A stretch of 64,000 bases of DNA from Ferruginibacter sp. (lineage in GTDB: Bacteria > Bacteroidota > Bacteroidia > Chitinophagales > Chitinophagaceae), in contig JANMVB010000125.1 of the NCBI GenBank assembly GCA_031392305.1, forward strand, positions 2,273 through 66,272, in the 5' to 3' direction. Under the pieces are notes generated by a model. The model had not been told where the DNA came from. It made no database searches and saw only the letters and a list, made by a program, of their open reading frames with translations. Both the position numbers and the translations under genes were made by a program. Shown one piece after another: positions 49,939 to 60,433 of the stretch (its first letter is position 1; every line of letters begins with the position of its first letter).

Positions 49939-50712
49939 TTATACCTCACCACCGTTTAGCACCCTCAAAATATCGTCATGAACTTTGCCGTTGCTTGCCA
50001 GTATTTGCTTTTGATAAACCGAAAAAGGATTGCCGGAATAATCGGTTACTTTTCCGCCTGCCTCCTGCACAATCAGCGAACCGGCTGCACTGTCCCATGC
50101 CTCAAGCTTATGCTCAAAATAAGCATCGAACCTGCCGGATGCAACCCAGCACAAATCAATTGCTGCACTGCCCAGCCTTCTTACTGCGATGCCTTTACGG
50201 ATGAACTTTTCAAACACCTGGAGGGGCCCGTTGGCATGATCGAGATAGGTATAGGGAAAGCCGGTGGCGAGACAGGATTTACCGACATCAGCCTTATCAC
50301 TAACGGTTATTTTTTTGTCGTTCATCGTGGCGCCTTTACCCTTTTCAGCCACAAAAAATTCATTCATTAGGGGGTTTAACACAGCGCCTAAAATAATTTC
50401 AGCCTTGTGCTCAAGCCCGATACTTACGCAACAAAGCGGAATGCCATTGGCAAAATTTACCGTGCCGTCAATGGGGTCGATGATCCACTTATAGTCGCTA
50501 TCCATCACAATTTCACCTGACTCTTCACTTAAAATATAATGCCCCGGAAATTCAGCCTTAATCACATTGAAGATGGCATTTTCAGCAGCATGATCGGCTT
50601 CGGTAACCAAGTTGTTGATGCCTTCTTTATTTGAAATGATAAAGCTGCCATTAAAGTACCGGATTATCTCATCTGCGCCAGCTATGGTGGCTTTAAGCAA
50701 AGTATTTTTCAT
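49939..50712 (-). CDS. suhB: Inositol monophosphatase family protein
   Basis: ILSEE, WIIDPIDGTVNF, RRLGSAA, WDSAAG motifs. Confidence 0.9.
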   Translation of the reverse strand: MKNTLLKATIAGADEIIRYFNGSFIISNKEGINNLVTEADHAAENAIFNVIKAEFPGHYILSEESGEIVMDSDYKWIIDPIDGTVNFANGIPLCCVSIGLEHKAEIILGAVLNPLMNEFFVAEKGKGATMNDKKITVSDKADVGKSCLATGFPYTYLDHANGPLQVFEKFIRKGIAVRRLGSAAIDLCWVASGRFDAYFEHKLEAWDSAAGSLIVQEAGGKVTDYSGNPFSVYQKQILASNGKVHDDILRVLNGGEV

Positions 50713-50802
50713 AATGGCGCAAAGATAGTAAAATCAGTTTCTACCACCTGCTTACAAAACCTGCTGTTGCGTTAATTTAATATTGCTAAATGAAGATGAT
50801 AT

Positions 50803-51792
50803 TTACTTGTTGATGCTTCCCATCATGTGCTCCGGATAACGCATGCCTGCCGCAGCATCTTTTGGAAAATAGCCATCAAGCAAGGCCAGTTCATCTTGCT
50901 TAAAATGAATATTGATGGCGGCTGCATTTTCTTCCAGGTATTTTATTTTTTTTGTGCCGGGGATAGGGAAGAGGTGGTCACCCTGTGCCATTACCCATGC
51001 CAATGCAAGTTGAGAAGCGGAACATCCTTTTTGGGTTGCCAGGGCATTTATTTTTTCTACCAGTTCAAGGTTTTTATCAAAATTTTCGCCCTGGAACCTG
51101 GGGGAAAACCGGCGGTAATCATCTGCAGCTAGGTCTTCAAATTTTTTGATCTGCCCGGTTAAAAACCCACGCCCCAGGGGACTGTACGGCACAAACGCAT
51201 TACCCAGCTCTTTGCAGGTAGCAAGCATTTCTTCTTCCGGGTCACGTGTCCACAAGGAGTATTCACTTTGTACTGCTGATATTGGATGAACTGTATGTGC
51301 CCTGCGTAGTGTAGCTACCGATACTTCTGATAAACCAAGACCCTTTACCTTGCCTTGTTGCACCAACAGGCTCATGGCCCCTACGGTATCCTCAATGGGA
51401 GTGGAGAGGTCGATCCGGTGTAAATAATAGAGGTCAATAATATCTGTGTTTAGTCGTTTGAGGCTTGCTTCGCAGGCAGACTGTACATAAGCTGGCTTAC
51501 CGCTCACACTGCGAAACTGTGGATTGGCCGGGTCACGAACAATTCCAAATTTAGTAGCAAGGGTAATTTGCTTCCTTATCCCTTTCATTGCTTTACCCAC
51601 TAATACTTCATTCAGGTAAGGGCCGTAAGCATCTGCTGTATCCCAAAAGTTTATCCCCAGTTCCAGCGCCCGGTGTAGCGTTTTTATAGATTCCTCATCA
51701 TTAGTAGCGCCATAAAATTCACTCATACCCATGCATCCCAATCCCATTTGCGATGCTGTTAATCCCTGCGATCCTAATTTTTTTATCTGCAT
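50803..51792 (-). CDS. Aldo/keto reductase
   Basis: [39 protein letters not shown] motifs. Confidence 0.92.
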   Translation of the reverse strand: MQIKKLGSQGLTASQMGLGCMGMSEFYGATNDEESIKTLHRALELGINFWDTADAYGPYLNEVLVGKAMKGIRKQITLATKFGIVRDPANPQFRSVSGKPAYVQSACEASLKRLNTDIIDLYYLHRIDLSTPIEDTVGAMSLLVQQGKVKGLGLSEVSVATLRRAHTVHPISAVQSEYSLWTRDPEEEMLATCKELGNAFVPYSPLGRGFLTGQIKKFEDLAADDYRRFSPRFQGENFDKNLELVEKINALATQKGCSASQLALAWVMAQGDHLFPIPGTKKIKYLEENAAAINIHFKQDELALLDGYFPKDAAAGMRYPEHMMGSINK

Positions 51793-51890
51793 ACAATTTG
51801 TTTTTATAAAGTTACCAGCCAATATTTAACGAACCATACAATTTTGAATACTGGTATAAAAAATCGTATTTCGTACACAAATAAAATGCA

Positions 51891-53138
51891 GTGCAGCTTT
51901 CGGTCATAATAGTTAATTACAATGTGAAATATTTTTTAGAGCAATGCCTTTGTTCAGTAATAATGGCGTGCCGTAATATTGATGCCGAAATCATTGTAAT
52001 AGATAATAATTCCACCGATGGCAGCAGGGAATTTTTTAGCACAAGATTTAAAGATGTAAAATTTATATGGAGTACAATAAATGCCGGCTTTGGCAAGGCC
52101 AATAATCTTGCATTGCAGCAGGCCGGTGGCGATCATATTTTATTTTTAAATCCGGATACCATTTTACCGGAAGACTGCCTGGAAAAATGCCTGCAGTTTT
52201 TCTCAGGCCAACCTGGTATCGGTGCCCTGGGCATAAAAATGCTCGACGGTAGTGGCAACTATTTAAAGGAAAGTAAAAGAGGCTTTCCTTCGCCCCTTAC
52301 TTCGCTTTATAAAATTTGCGGCCTTACAGCGTTGTTCCCTCACTCGTCAATATTTGCCCGCTATTACCTTGGCCATCTTGATGAAAACAAAAACCATGAA
52401 GCCGATGTATTAGCTGGCGCTTTTATGATGATTGATAAAAAAGTATTGACTAAGGTCGGTGGCTTTGATGAAGACTTTTTTATGTATGGCGAAGATGTAG
52501 ATCTCAGTTATCGTATTCAGCAGGCAGGGTATAAAAATTATTATTATGCTGCCTCATCCATCATACATTTTAAAGGCGAAAGCACCCGCCGGGGCAGCCT
52601 CAATTATTTATTACATTTTTATGGGGCCATGAGCCGCTTTGTGAAGAAACATTACCGAGGTGGGACTGCAGGCATTTATTTATTCGTCATCCGCCTTGCA
52701 ATAAAAATGAAGGCAGTGCTGTCAGGGCTCACACATTTATTCGCAGGAATTTTTAGTACAAAAAATAATGTTGAAGATTACAAGCCTTGCCTGGTGGTGG
52801 CAAATGTGGAGGAATATGAAATGGTAAAGTCCATTTTATCCGGTACAGATTTATATCAAAAAATTATTGGCCGGGTAGCCACCACTGAGCAATCATACGG
52901 TGATGCCATTGGAACTTTATCTCAGTTAAGCACATTAATCGCAAGCCACAAAGCAGGTGAAATTATTTTTTGTGCCAGCGGATTTTCTGTAAAAGAAATT
53001 ATCGAAACAATGCAGCAAAAGTCACCTCAAATAAACTATTGGTTTCACTTACCCGGCACAGTAAGTATTGTAGGCAGCAGCAGCAAGAATTCATCCGGCG
53101 AATATTTTGCTAAAGAAAAATCAGTTTCATTTACATAA
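51891..53138 (+). CDS. GT2 glycosyltransferase
   Basis: SVIIVNYN, IDNNSTDGS, FLNPD, FFMYGEDVDL motifs; GTG start. Confidence 0.88.
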   Translation: MQLSVIIVNYNVKYFLEQCLCSVIMACRNIDAEIIVIDNNSTDGSREFFSTRFKDVKFIWSTINAGFGKANNLALQQAGGDHILFLNPDTILPEDCLEKCLQFFSGQPGIGALGIKMLDGSGNYLKESKRGFPSPLTSLYKICGLTALFPHSSIFARYYLGHLDENKNHEADVLAGAFMMIDKKVLTKVGGFDEDFFMYGEDVDLSYRIQQAGYKNYYYAASSIIHFKGESTRRGSLNYLLHFYGAMSRFVKKHYRGGTAGIYLFVIRLAIKMKAVLSGLTHLFAGIFSTKNNVEDYKPCLVVANVEEYEMVKSILSGTDLYQKIIGRVATTEQSYGDAIGTLSQLSTLIASHKAGEIIFCASGFSVKEIIETMQQKSPQINYWFHLPGTVSIVGSSSKNSSGEYFAKEKSVSFT

Positions 53139-53217
53139 AGTTCCAAGCAATTTATGCGTTTACTTGCAGGCATTCAACTATTAATTATTATTGTTCCAGC
53201 CAGGAAGCTTTGGTCAA

Positions 53218-53256
53218 CATCGTTGTGTCACTCACTTGTACCGTATACCTATGTGG
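53218..53256 (+). repeat. REP-like element, copy 15
   Basis: CATCGTTGTGTCACTCACTTGTACCGTATACCTATGTGG. Confidence 0.95.
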
Positions 53257-53324
53257 AACTTTAATTACGTTATATTCAGCCAACATTTAAAATACTTTAT
53301 TTTTACCGCCTTTAAAATAATTAA

Positions 53325-54773
53325 ATGCAAACAATTGCCGACGAAATAAAAAAATGCTTTTCTCAATTTTCCACAGATCCTGTTACTGCCATTGATAAAC
53401 TGCCACAAGCAGGCAGTGAGCGGTATTACTTTCGGGTTCATACTGCAGGCAAAAGCTATATAGCTACTTATGGCGACAATTTAAAAGAGAATGAAGTATT
53501 CATTTATTTCTCCGGCCATTTCAGGAAAAAGAAACTTGCCACTCCCGAAATATATTTTGTAAATGAGCAAAGAAATATTTACATACAGCAAGATTTTGGT
53601 ACAATATCCTTACTCGATAAACTGGAAGAAAAAGGTTTTGTAAATGAAGTATATGTACTCTTTAAAAAAAGTATAGAACAACTTGCCCTGCTGCAAATAA
53701 AAGGCCACGAAGGATTGGATTATAAAAGATGCCTCACCAATTCCTCATTCGGTAAGCAGGCAATTCTTGCAGACCTTTTATATTTTAAATACTATTTCCT
53801 CGATGCACTGCGGAGGCCTTATGATAAGCAAAAACTGATAGATGATTTTGAAGCACTCAGCAATTATTTGTCGCACACAGAGTATAAATATTTTATGTTC
53901 CGTGATTTTCAAAGCCGCAATATTTGCATTAAGGATAACAACACTGTACACTTCATCGACTACCAGGGTGGCATGAAAGGGGCACCGCAATATGATGTAG
54001 CTTCTTTATTATGGCAGGCCCGTGCAAACCTGCCGGATGAATGGAAAAGTAATTTGCTGGAAGACTATATGGATGCTTTCGAAAACATCATTAAAAACCC
54101 CATTGACCGGGATGTTTTTCGCAGTCAGTACAACGGTTATGTACTTATCCGCTTGTTGCAGGTGTTGGGTGCGTATGGCTTTCGTGGCTTGTTTGAAAGG
54201 AAGGCCCATTTTTTAACAAGCATTCCGCTGGCATTGCAAAATTTAAAATGGTTCGTTAGTAACCAAAGCCTTGGCATTGCCCTGCCTGAATTTAAAAAGG
54301 TATTGGAGCTTTGCATCAGCGATGAAGTGATCCATGAATTTACGCCCATACAAGCCACTGAAGAAACGCCGCTGGTGATAAAAATAAACAGCTTCTCTTT
54401 TATAAAAACAGGCTATCCCGCTGATGAAACAAAAAATGGTGGTGGGTTTGTGTTTGATATGCGGGGCATACTAAATCCGGGAAGATTTAATGAGTATAAA
54501 CATCTCTCCGGATTGGATAAATCTGTAAAAGACTTCCTGGAACAACAAACTAAAATGCCGGATTTTTTAAATGGCGTTTACAGCATCATTGATATATCTG
54601 TAGAAGATTATATCCGCCGTGGCTTTGAAAGCCTTGTAATAAATTTTGGTTGCACCGGCGGCCAGCACAGAAGTGTTTATGCAGCAGAAGCAATGGCCAG
54701 GCATTTAAGAAATAAGTTTAAAGTTCAGTTAGAATTAAATCATAATAATAAGGAAAACTGGAGAACGCAATGA
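53325..54773 (+). CDS. AmgK-like aminosugar kinase fused to a RapZ C-terminal domain
   Basis: GSERYYFR, FRDFQSRN, IDYQG, YDVASLL kinase motifs; FDMRGILNPG and FGCTGGQHRSV RapZ-CTD motifs. Confidence 0.85.
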   Translation: MQTIADEIKKCFSQFSTDPVTAIDKLPQAGSERYYFRVHTAGKSYIATYGDNLKENEVFIYFSGHFRKKKLATPEIYFVNEQRNIYIQQDFGTISLLDKLEEKGFVNEVYVLFKKSIEQLALLQIKGHEGLDYKRCLTNSSFGKQAILADLLYFKYYFLDALRRPYDKQKLIDDFEALSNYLSHTEYKYFMFRDFQSRNICIKDNNTVHFIDYQGGMKGAPQYDVASLLWQARANLPDEWKSNLLEDYMDAFENIIKNPIDRDVFRSQYNGYVLIRLLQVLGAYGFRGLFERKAHFLTSIPLALQNLKWFVSNQSLGIALPEFKKVLELCISDEVIHEFTPIQATEETPLVIKINSFSFIKTGYPADETKNGGGFVFDMRGILNPGRFNEYKHLSGLDKSVKDFLEQQTKMPDFLNGVYSIIDISVEDYIRRGFESLVINFGCTGGQHRSVYAAEAMARHLRNKFKVQLELNHNNKENWRTQ

Positions 54774-55498
54774 AAGCAATGATTTTTTCAGCCGGCTTAG
54801 GCACTAGATTTAAGCCATGGACAGATTCAAACCCTAAAGCACTGGCTTTAGTAAATGGCAAATCATTACTGCAACGTAATGTTGAATACCTGCAACAATA
54901 CGGGATTTTTGATGTGGTAGTAAATGTGCATCATTTTGCAGACCAGGTGATTGATGCCGTAAATAAAAATAAGGGTTGGGGCAGCAATGTGATGATCAGT
55001 GATGAAAGAGAAGAAGTATTGGAAACAGGCGGGGGATTATTAAAGGCAAGGCATTTACTTGAAAACGGTCAGCCATTTATTACGCTGAACGTTGATATTC
55101 TTACTGATCTCAATTTGAATAAGCTGATGGAATTTCACCAGCAGCATAAGCCATTGATATCTTTTGGTGTAACCAACAGGACCACTTCCCGCTATTTTTT
55201 ATTTGATGAGCAAAGCCAGTTATGCGGCTGGAGGAATGTAAATACAGGCGAAGAAAAAGGCCCTTTTTTACAACAGCCGCAAATGGTTAACCTGGCTCAA
55301 AAAGCTTATAGCTGCGTTGTTATTTTTCAGCCGGATTTTTTTTCGCTGGTAAGGCAACGTGGTAAATTTTCACTCACAGAACCTTACCTTAACCTTGCTG
55401 CCGAACATGTAATTTTAGGCTACGACCATACGGGTGATAAACTGGTAGATGTAGGTAAACCCGAAAGTGTAGCTGTTGCCGAAAGGTTGTTTCCATAA
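54770..55498 (+). CDS. MurU-like nucleotidyltransferase
   Basis: KAMIFSAGLGTRFKP.T...PKAL, ETGGGL, NVDI motifs; overlaps the kinase stop codon. Confidence 0.85.
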   Translation: MKAMIFSAGLGTRFKPWTDSNPKALALVNGKSLLQRNVEYLQQYGIFDVVVNVHHFADQVIDAVNKNKGWGSNVMISDEREEVLETGGGLLKARHLLENGQPFITLNVDILTDLNLNKLMEFHQQHKPLISFGVTNRTTSRYFLFDEQSQLCGWRNVNTGEEKGPFLQQPQMVNLAQKAYSCVVIFQPDFFSLVRQRGKFSLTEPYLNLAAEHVILGYDHTGDKLVDVGKPESVAVAERLFP

Positions 55499-55593
55499 TA
55501 ATTGTTGGTGGGAAAGATGGCAAAAAAAGCTTTTATAATTTAAAGTAATACCGATCTTCATTCATGCAAAAAGCCGCTGCAATTTACAGCGAA

Positions 55594-55632
55594 CCACAAT
55601 GGTATGACGTACAAGTGAGTGACACAACTATG
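55594..55632 (-). repeat. REP-like element, copy 16
   Basis: CCACAATGGTATGACGTACAAGTGAGTGACACAACTATG. Confidence 0.9.
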
Positions 55633-55758
55633 TTTAATTGAAATACAAATGTTTGTTACAAAATTTTAATTACATATAACAATCTCATTATGACAATTGA
55701 AAGATTGAATAAAAAAGCAGCTTCGTAGAAGACCTCCCCTTTAGGGGACGGGGGTTCC

Positions 55759-57672
55759 CTAATGCACAATCAACACCTTCTGCGTTTTTACCACTCCGTT
55801 ATGAGATAGTTTTAAAAAATAAGTTCCATCCTGAAGTGCCGATGTGTTGATGTCCTGGATGGGATTGAGCATTTGCCCGGAGAATAATTTTCTTCCTGTT
55901 GCGTCAAAAAGCTCAAGTATTATTTTGCCATTAGTACCTGGCGGGGCAGCAACCTGGATACTTTTGTTTGCAGGGTTGGGAAAGATGACAAAGCCTGCAT
56001 CATTCACATTATTATGCAGTAACACAATGCGGCTATACATATAACTGCCATCATTATCTGTTTCTTTAATTCTATAAAACAAGTTCCCGGAGGGTATTGA
56101 TGAATGATTAAACTGATAGTTTCCCCTGGCAGGATCTGTGATATTTATCTTTGGTAAACTAATCCAACTTATGCCATTGGTACTATATTCTACTTCAAAT
56201 TTTTCAGCATTAATGGTGGGTGTGGCCACTGTCCATTTGATAAGCGCATGGTGTTGATTTACCAGCGAAGCATTTACATTTATAAATCTTACAGGCAGGG
56301 TTCCAAAGTTAAAAGGTGTAGGTACATTTTCTCCGGGCTCGCCGGCATTGCCATTATTGTTAGGATCTACCGCCAACGCAGAGCCGTTGTTAGATGAGTC
56401 AGCAATATTTATTAAACTGGCGTTTGCATTATTACCAATAGTTCCTTTACTGATGGCAGTGTTTAAATAAATAGTTGCAGCATTAAGATTGGTGACCCTG
56501 CATTGCAACAGCACTTTAAAAAAGTAATCATTTGTAGTAGCGGTTTGGTTGGGTAAGTTTTGACCCGCATTCAATATATTTTTATCAGTAGTGCCATTAT
56601 AGGCGGTATTTAAAGTGAGCCCTGCCGCATTGGAGCCTGGTACAAAAGCAGTGCTTACAGCCGATATATTTCCATCACCAAAAGTTGCAGCTAAATCGTC
56701 TGTTACATTGATATCATTAATAATCACATTGCCCAGGTTCTTCACGTAAATTTCGTAGGTAAGGTCAGCCGTGTTGGCATTCACCTTTATGGTATTTACC
56801 AATTGTTTGGTAGTGCCTGTGGAAGGGGTAAGGCTGCTGTTATCAATAGGAGCTTCGCCTGATTGAAAAGGTTTTTGTAAACCCAGCGTATTGGTACTGA
56901 TGGTATAATCAAAATAATAACAGGTGCCGGTATTGAAATTAATTCCGGTCAGTTCAAGTTGCCCGTTGAGGTAGGCAATACCATAGCAATCGTTGGGCAA
57001 GACTTGTAAAAATGTGGCCGTTGCATTACCGCTGGTGTTGCTGTAATTGTTTATCTCGTACAGGCGGGATGGTGTACTGCCAAGCGTGGCAAACATACGG
57101 CCGTTGGGCAATATGGTAAGGTCGCCGCTTGAGATACTGGTAGGGAAATTGCCCGCCGGAAACTGCAATACCCGGGTATTAATAACTGTACCGGTATTTA
57201 CATCAAACTTATCCATATTGCATTGCCCGGTGTTGATATCATAATTAGAAAATGACCACAGGTCGCCGTTGTTATCAAACTCAAAATTATTTGATACATA
57301 ACTATAAGAGTAAGTGGGTGCCACAGGTATGGAAACAGGGCAGATTATATTTTGCGGCAGGCCCATATCCAGCACCCATATTTTTGTATCAATACCGCTT
57401 CTTACATCTGCTACATAAATTTTATTATTGCTCGGGTTATAGGCAATAAATACACTAAAAAAATCTGGTAACTGGGCAGATAAATTGCAGGAAGCCAACG
57501 CAGATGGGGAGCCGCCCAGTGGATTGCTCAGTAAAGAAAAAGCAGGTGCTGTGGCATTGTAACAACCATTGCTGCCAAAATTTATCAGTACAGAATTTTG
57601 TGCAGACACCGGTGAACTGTTTACAAAACAGGTTATAATAAAAACAGCGGCGCAATGTAGTATGTGTTTCAT
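55759..57672 (-). CDS. T9SS type-A CTD protein with DUF11-like domain
   Basis: Signal peptide, Cys-containing N-domain, LTYEIYVKNLGN, LPVRF Ig domain, IFPNP CTD. Confidence 0.85.
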   Translation of the reverse strand: MKHILHCAAVFIITCFVNSSPVSAQNSVLINFGSNGCYNATAPAFSLLSNPLGGSPSALASCNLSAQLPDFFSVFIAYNPSNNKIYVADVRSGIDTKIWVLDMGLPQNIICPVSIPVAPTYSYSYVSNNFEFDNNGDLWSFSNYDINTGQCNMDKFDVNTGTVINTRVLQFPAGNFPTSISSGDLTILPNGRMFATLGSTPSRLYEINNYSNTSGNATATFLQVLPNDCYGIAYLNGQLELTGINFNTGTCYYFDYTISTNTLGLQKPFQSGEAPIDNSSLTPSTGTTKQLVNTIKVNANTADLTYEIYVKNLGNVIINDINVTDDLAATFGDGNISAVSTAFVPGSNAAGLTLNTAYNGTTDKNILNAGQNLPNQTATTNDYFFKVLLQCRVTNLNAATIYLNTAISKGTIGNNANASLINIADSSNNGSALAVDPNNNGNAGEPGENVPTPFNFGTLPVRFINVNASLVNQHHALIKWTVATPTINAEKFEVEYSTNGISWISLPKINITDPARGNYQFNHSSIPSGNLFYRIKETDNDGSYMYSRIVLLHNNVNDAGFVIFPNPANKSIQVAAPPGTNGKIILELFDATGRKLFSGQMLNPIQDINTSALQDGTYFLKLSHNGVVKTQKVLIVH

Positions 57673-57899
57673 CCTCGCAGAAATTAAATGAACAAACCAG
57701 GTAAATTTAAAGCCGGTTTAATGCGGGAAGTTTGGATGGCGTAAAATAACTTTTAATGAACCATTCAAAAAAAGTTTCAGAAGTAATGGTACAATAAATA
57801 TAAGGGTTTTATTTGCATAATTCAATGACTGTTAAAGTGTAGGGAAGGGAAATCCGATAGAGAGTTTATCATATAATTCCCGGGCACTCTTTTAGGTTA

Positions 57900-58748
57900 C
57901 TAAAATTTCCACTTATTCTTCTTCTTGGTCAGTTCCTTTATTGTTTGTTTTATTGTTGGTTTTGGTTTATTTACTTCAGCAATAAATTGCTTGTCTGCAA
58001 ACTCAATAAACCAAATGTCAAAATCCGCTATATAGCTATTCATTGTCTTATCAATGTGATAGTTAATTTCAACATCTAATGTGTCAACCTTTTAGATTAA
58101 ATGGGCTATTTGTTTGTGCCTTAGGGGAAGATACCATTTTATGGTTGGTTCGTCAGTCCAGTTTTCAAAGTTTACGTACAATACCTCTGCATTTTCAAAA
58201 TCTTTTTTTAATGGTTTAGATGTTTGGTTAATTCTTGTCAAGGCTATGAGTGTGTGTCCAAACTCAGTATCTTTCAACACTTTCAATACAACTGCCCCGC
58301 CATATTTATTAGAAGAAAGTTTGAATGTCAAACAGTCGCCTTTTTCAAATGGCGGCTGTTTAATTATTTTTTTCCTTCTTGATTTTGCTTTAGTTCGTTC
58401 CTTTTGTAAATCTCCTAAAAACTTCTCAAGGGCTACTTTTCTTTTTTTTAAGTCTTTTTCACTTGCATCAAGTCGTTTCCAAACTTCAATGTCATAGCCA
58501 CTTTCAATAATTGTCTTTGCTTTATCTAAAACTTTATTGTCAAGTTGTTTGCATTCCCATTGTGCTTTGGCCAAGGCAAACCAAAAATTATTACTGTCGT
58601 CCGGCTCATTAATAATTTCCTGATTATTTTTAATCAGCTTCTTTGAAATTTCTAATACTTCTAAACCGTCATTGTACAGCTCGAAGAATTCGTCGTAAAT
58701 GTCTGCGAAAGTGTCGTTAGATGAAATTCCTGTACCCCAAGCTCCCAT
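57900..58748 (-). pseudogene. DUF4259-like protein with an in-frame TAA at 58092-58094
   Basis: MGAWGTG..SND..AD N-terminus; the same frame stays open 63 codons past the TAA to a TAG at 57900-57902. Confidence 0.6.
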
Positions 58749-58837
58749 AAGTTTATAGTGTCATTTTAGAGTTGCTGCCAATTAATTACACTCCAGGCTA
58801 ATTTTCACCATTGCCGATTCACCATTCACCCCTCCAC

Positions 58838-60205
58838 CTAATCATCCTTTTTTTCAAACAGGTCTTTTTTATCCACCACTTTCACCTTGTCTTTTTCTTT
58901 TAATAATTTGCTAATTACATCATAAGGCCCCGTAACAACTTCATCGCCTTCTTTAATCCCTTCAGTAATTTCTATGTAATTAATATCCTGGATGCTTGTT
59001 TTTACTTTTGCCTTTTTTACAAGCCCTTCTTTATCAACTAAAAATACCAGAACCTCCAATTCATCCGGGTCCGAAACCGCTTTATCCATTTTATCCTTTT
59101 CATCATCTGCCACCACTTTTTTTGCTGCACCGGCAGTATCACTTTTCTCCCTGGTGGTAACAGCATTAATGGGCACACTCAAGGCATTGGTATGTGTTTT
59201 AGTCTGTATATCTGCACTGGCACTCATCCCCGGCCTGAACGGAAAAAAACCTTTACCCAACAGGTCGGCATAACTTGAAGGCAACAGCCTGATATAAACT
59301 TTATAATTAGTAACATCCGTTGTAGTGTTCGACATGGCCGACTGCGATGCAGCACCATTATTACTACTCGCAATCTGTGTTACAATCCCTTTAAATTTAC
59401 GGTCGTTATACGCATCCACTGTAACAACACCGCTATCGCCGAGGTGTACTTTTGGTATATCGCTTTCACTTACATCCACCCTAATTTCAATTTTGGCCAT
59501 ATCAGCAATCCGCAGCATTTCTGTACCTGCCATCATATTGCTGCCTACTACCCGTTCTCCTTTTTTTACATTTAGCAAACTCACCACACCATTCATGGGA
59601 GCAATTACTGCAGTACGACCTAAATCTTTATTGGCTTTTGCCAGGCTTGCCTGGGCACTTTGCACTGCAGCCTGTCCGCCACGGATGCCCTGTTTGGCAG
59701 CGTTGTAATTTGCCTGCGCACTTCTGTAATTAGCTTCCGCCACATTAAATTCATTCCGGCTTATTACCTTTTCATCAAACAATTGCTTTTGCATTTCAAA
59801 AGTTTTTTGGGCCTGGTCCAGTTGTGCTTTCAGAGCGTCTAATGCAGCCTGTGAGTTTGCCACCTGTGCCTGGCTTTGGGCCACACCACTTGCTGCCTGG
59901 TTGGCCTGTATGCTGTAGATGTCTGCATAAATGCGGGCCACCACCTGGCCTTTTTTTACACTGTCGCCTTCCTGCACAGTCAGTTCAGTTATTTCGCCGC
60001 TAATATCCGGGCTCACCTTTACTTCTATTTCCGGGTAAATTTTACCACTGGCATTTACTATTTCTATGATGGTCCGTTTCAGCGCTTTTTCAGCCGTAAC
60101 TTTTGTGCCTTCTTTTTTACCAAAAACGCCGGCCGCTTTTAAAACACCCAGGGTAGCAATCAAAATTACCAGCCCGATTAAAATCCATTTTACAGTTTTG
60201 CTCAT
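58838..60205 (-). CDS. Efflux periplasmic adaptor (MacA/HlyD-like)
   Basis: ASGKIYPE, ISGEITEL, coiled coil, IAPMNGVV, FRPGMSASADI motifs. Confidence 0.88.
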   Translation of the reverse strand: MSKTVKWILIGLVILIATLGVLKAAGVFGKKEGTKVTAEKALKRTIIEIVNASGKIYPEIEVKVSPDISGEITELTVQEGDSVKKGQVVARIYADIYSIQANQAASGVAQSQAQVANSQAALDALKAQLDQAQKTFEMQKQLFDEKVISRNEFNVAEANYRSAQANYNAAKQGIRGGQAAVQSAQASLAKANKDLGRTAVIAPMNGVVSLLNVKKGERVVGSNMMAGTEMLRIADMAKIEIRVDVSESDIPKVHLGDSGVVTVDAYNDRKFKGIVTQIASSNNGAASQSAMSNTTTDVTNYKVYIRLLPSSYADLLGKGFFPFRPGMSASADIQTKTHTNALSVPINAVTTREKSDTAGAAKKVVADDEKDKMDKAVSDPDELEVLVFLVDKEGLVKKAKVKTSIQDINYIEITEGIKEGDEVVTGPYDVISKLLKEKDKVKVVDKKDLFEKKDD

Positions 60206-60273
60206 ATCTTAATCTGTTTTTTGTTTTCTGCTTGTTGTTTTCTTATTGTCCCGGCAGAAGGCGCACTATTCAA

Positions 60274-60312
60274 CATCGTTGTGTCACTCCCTTGTACCGC
60301 ATACCTATTTGG
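60274..60312 (+). repeat. REP-like element, copy 17
   Basis: CATCGTTGTGTCACTCCCTTGTACCGCATACCTATTTGG. Confidence 0.95.
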
Positions 60313-60433
60313 ATCTTTAATTGCGTGATGTGAAAAAATGAAGCATTAAAATTATTCGTTCATCATCAATTCGCCCCTGTACCCTGAAGGGGTAATAATT
60401 ATTACAGCTATCATTTAAAACACAATTAAAGAT

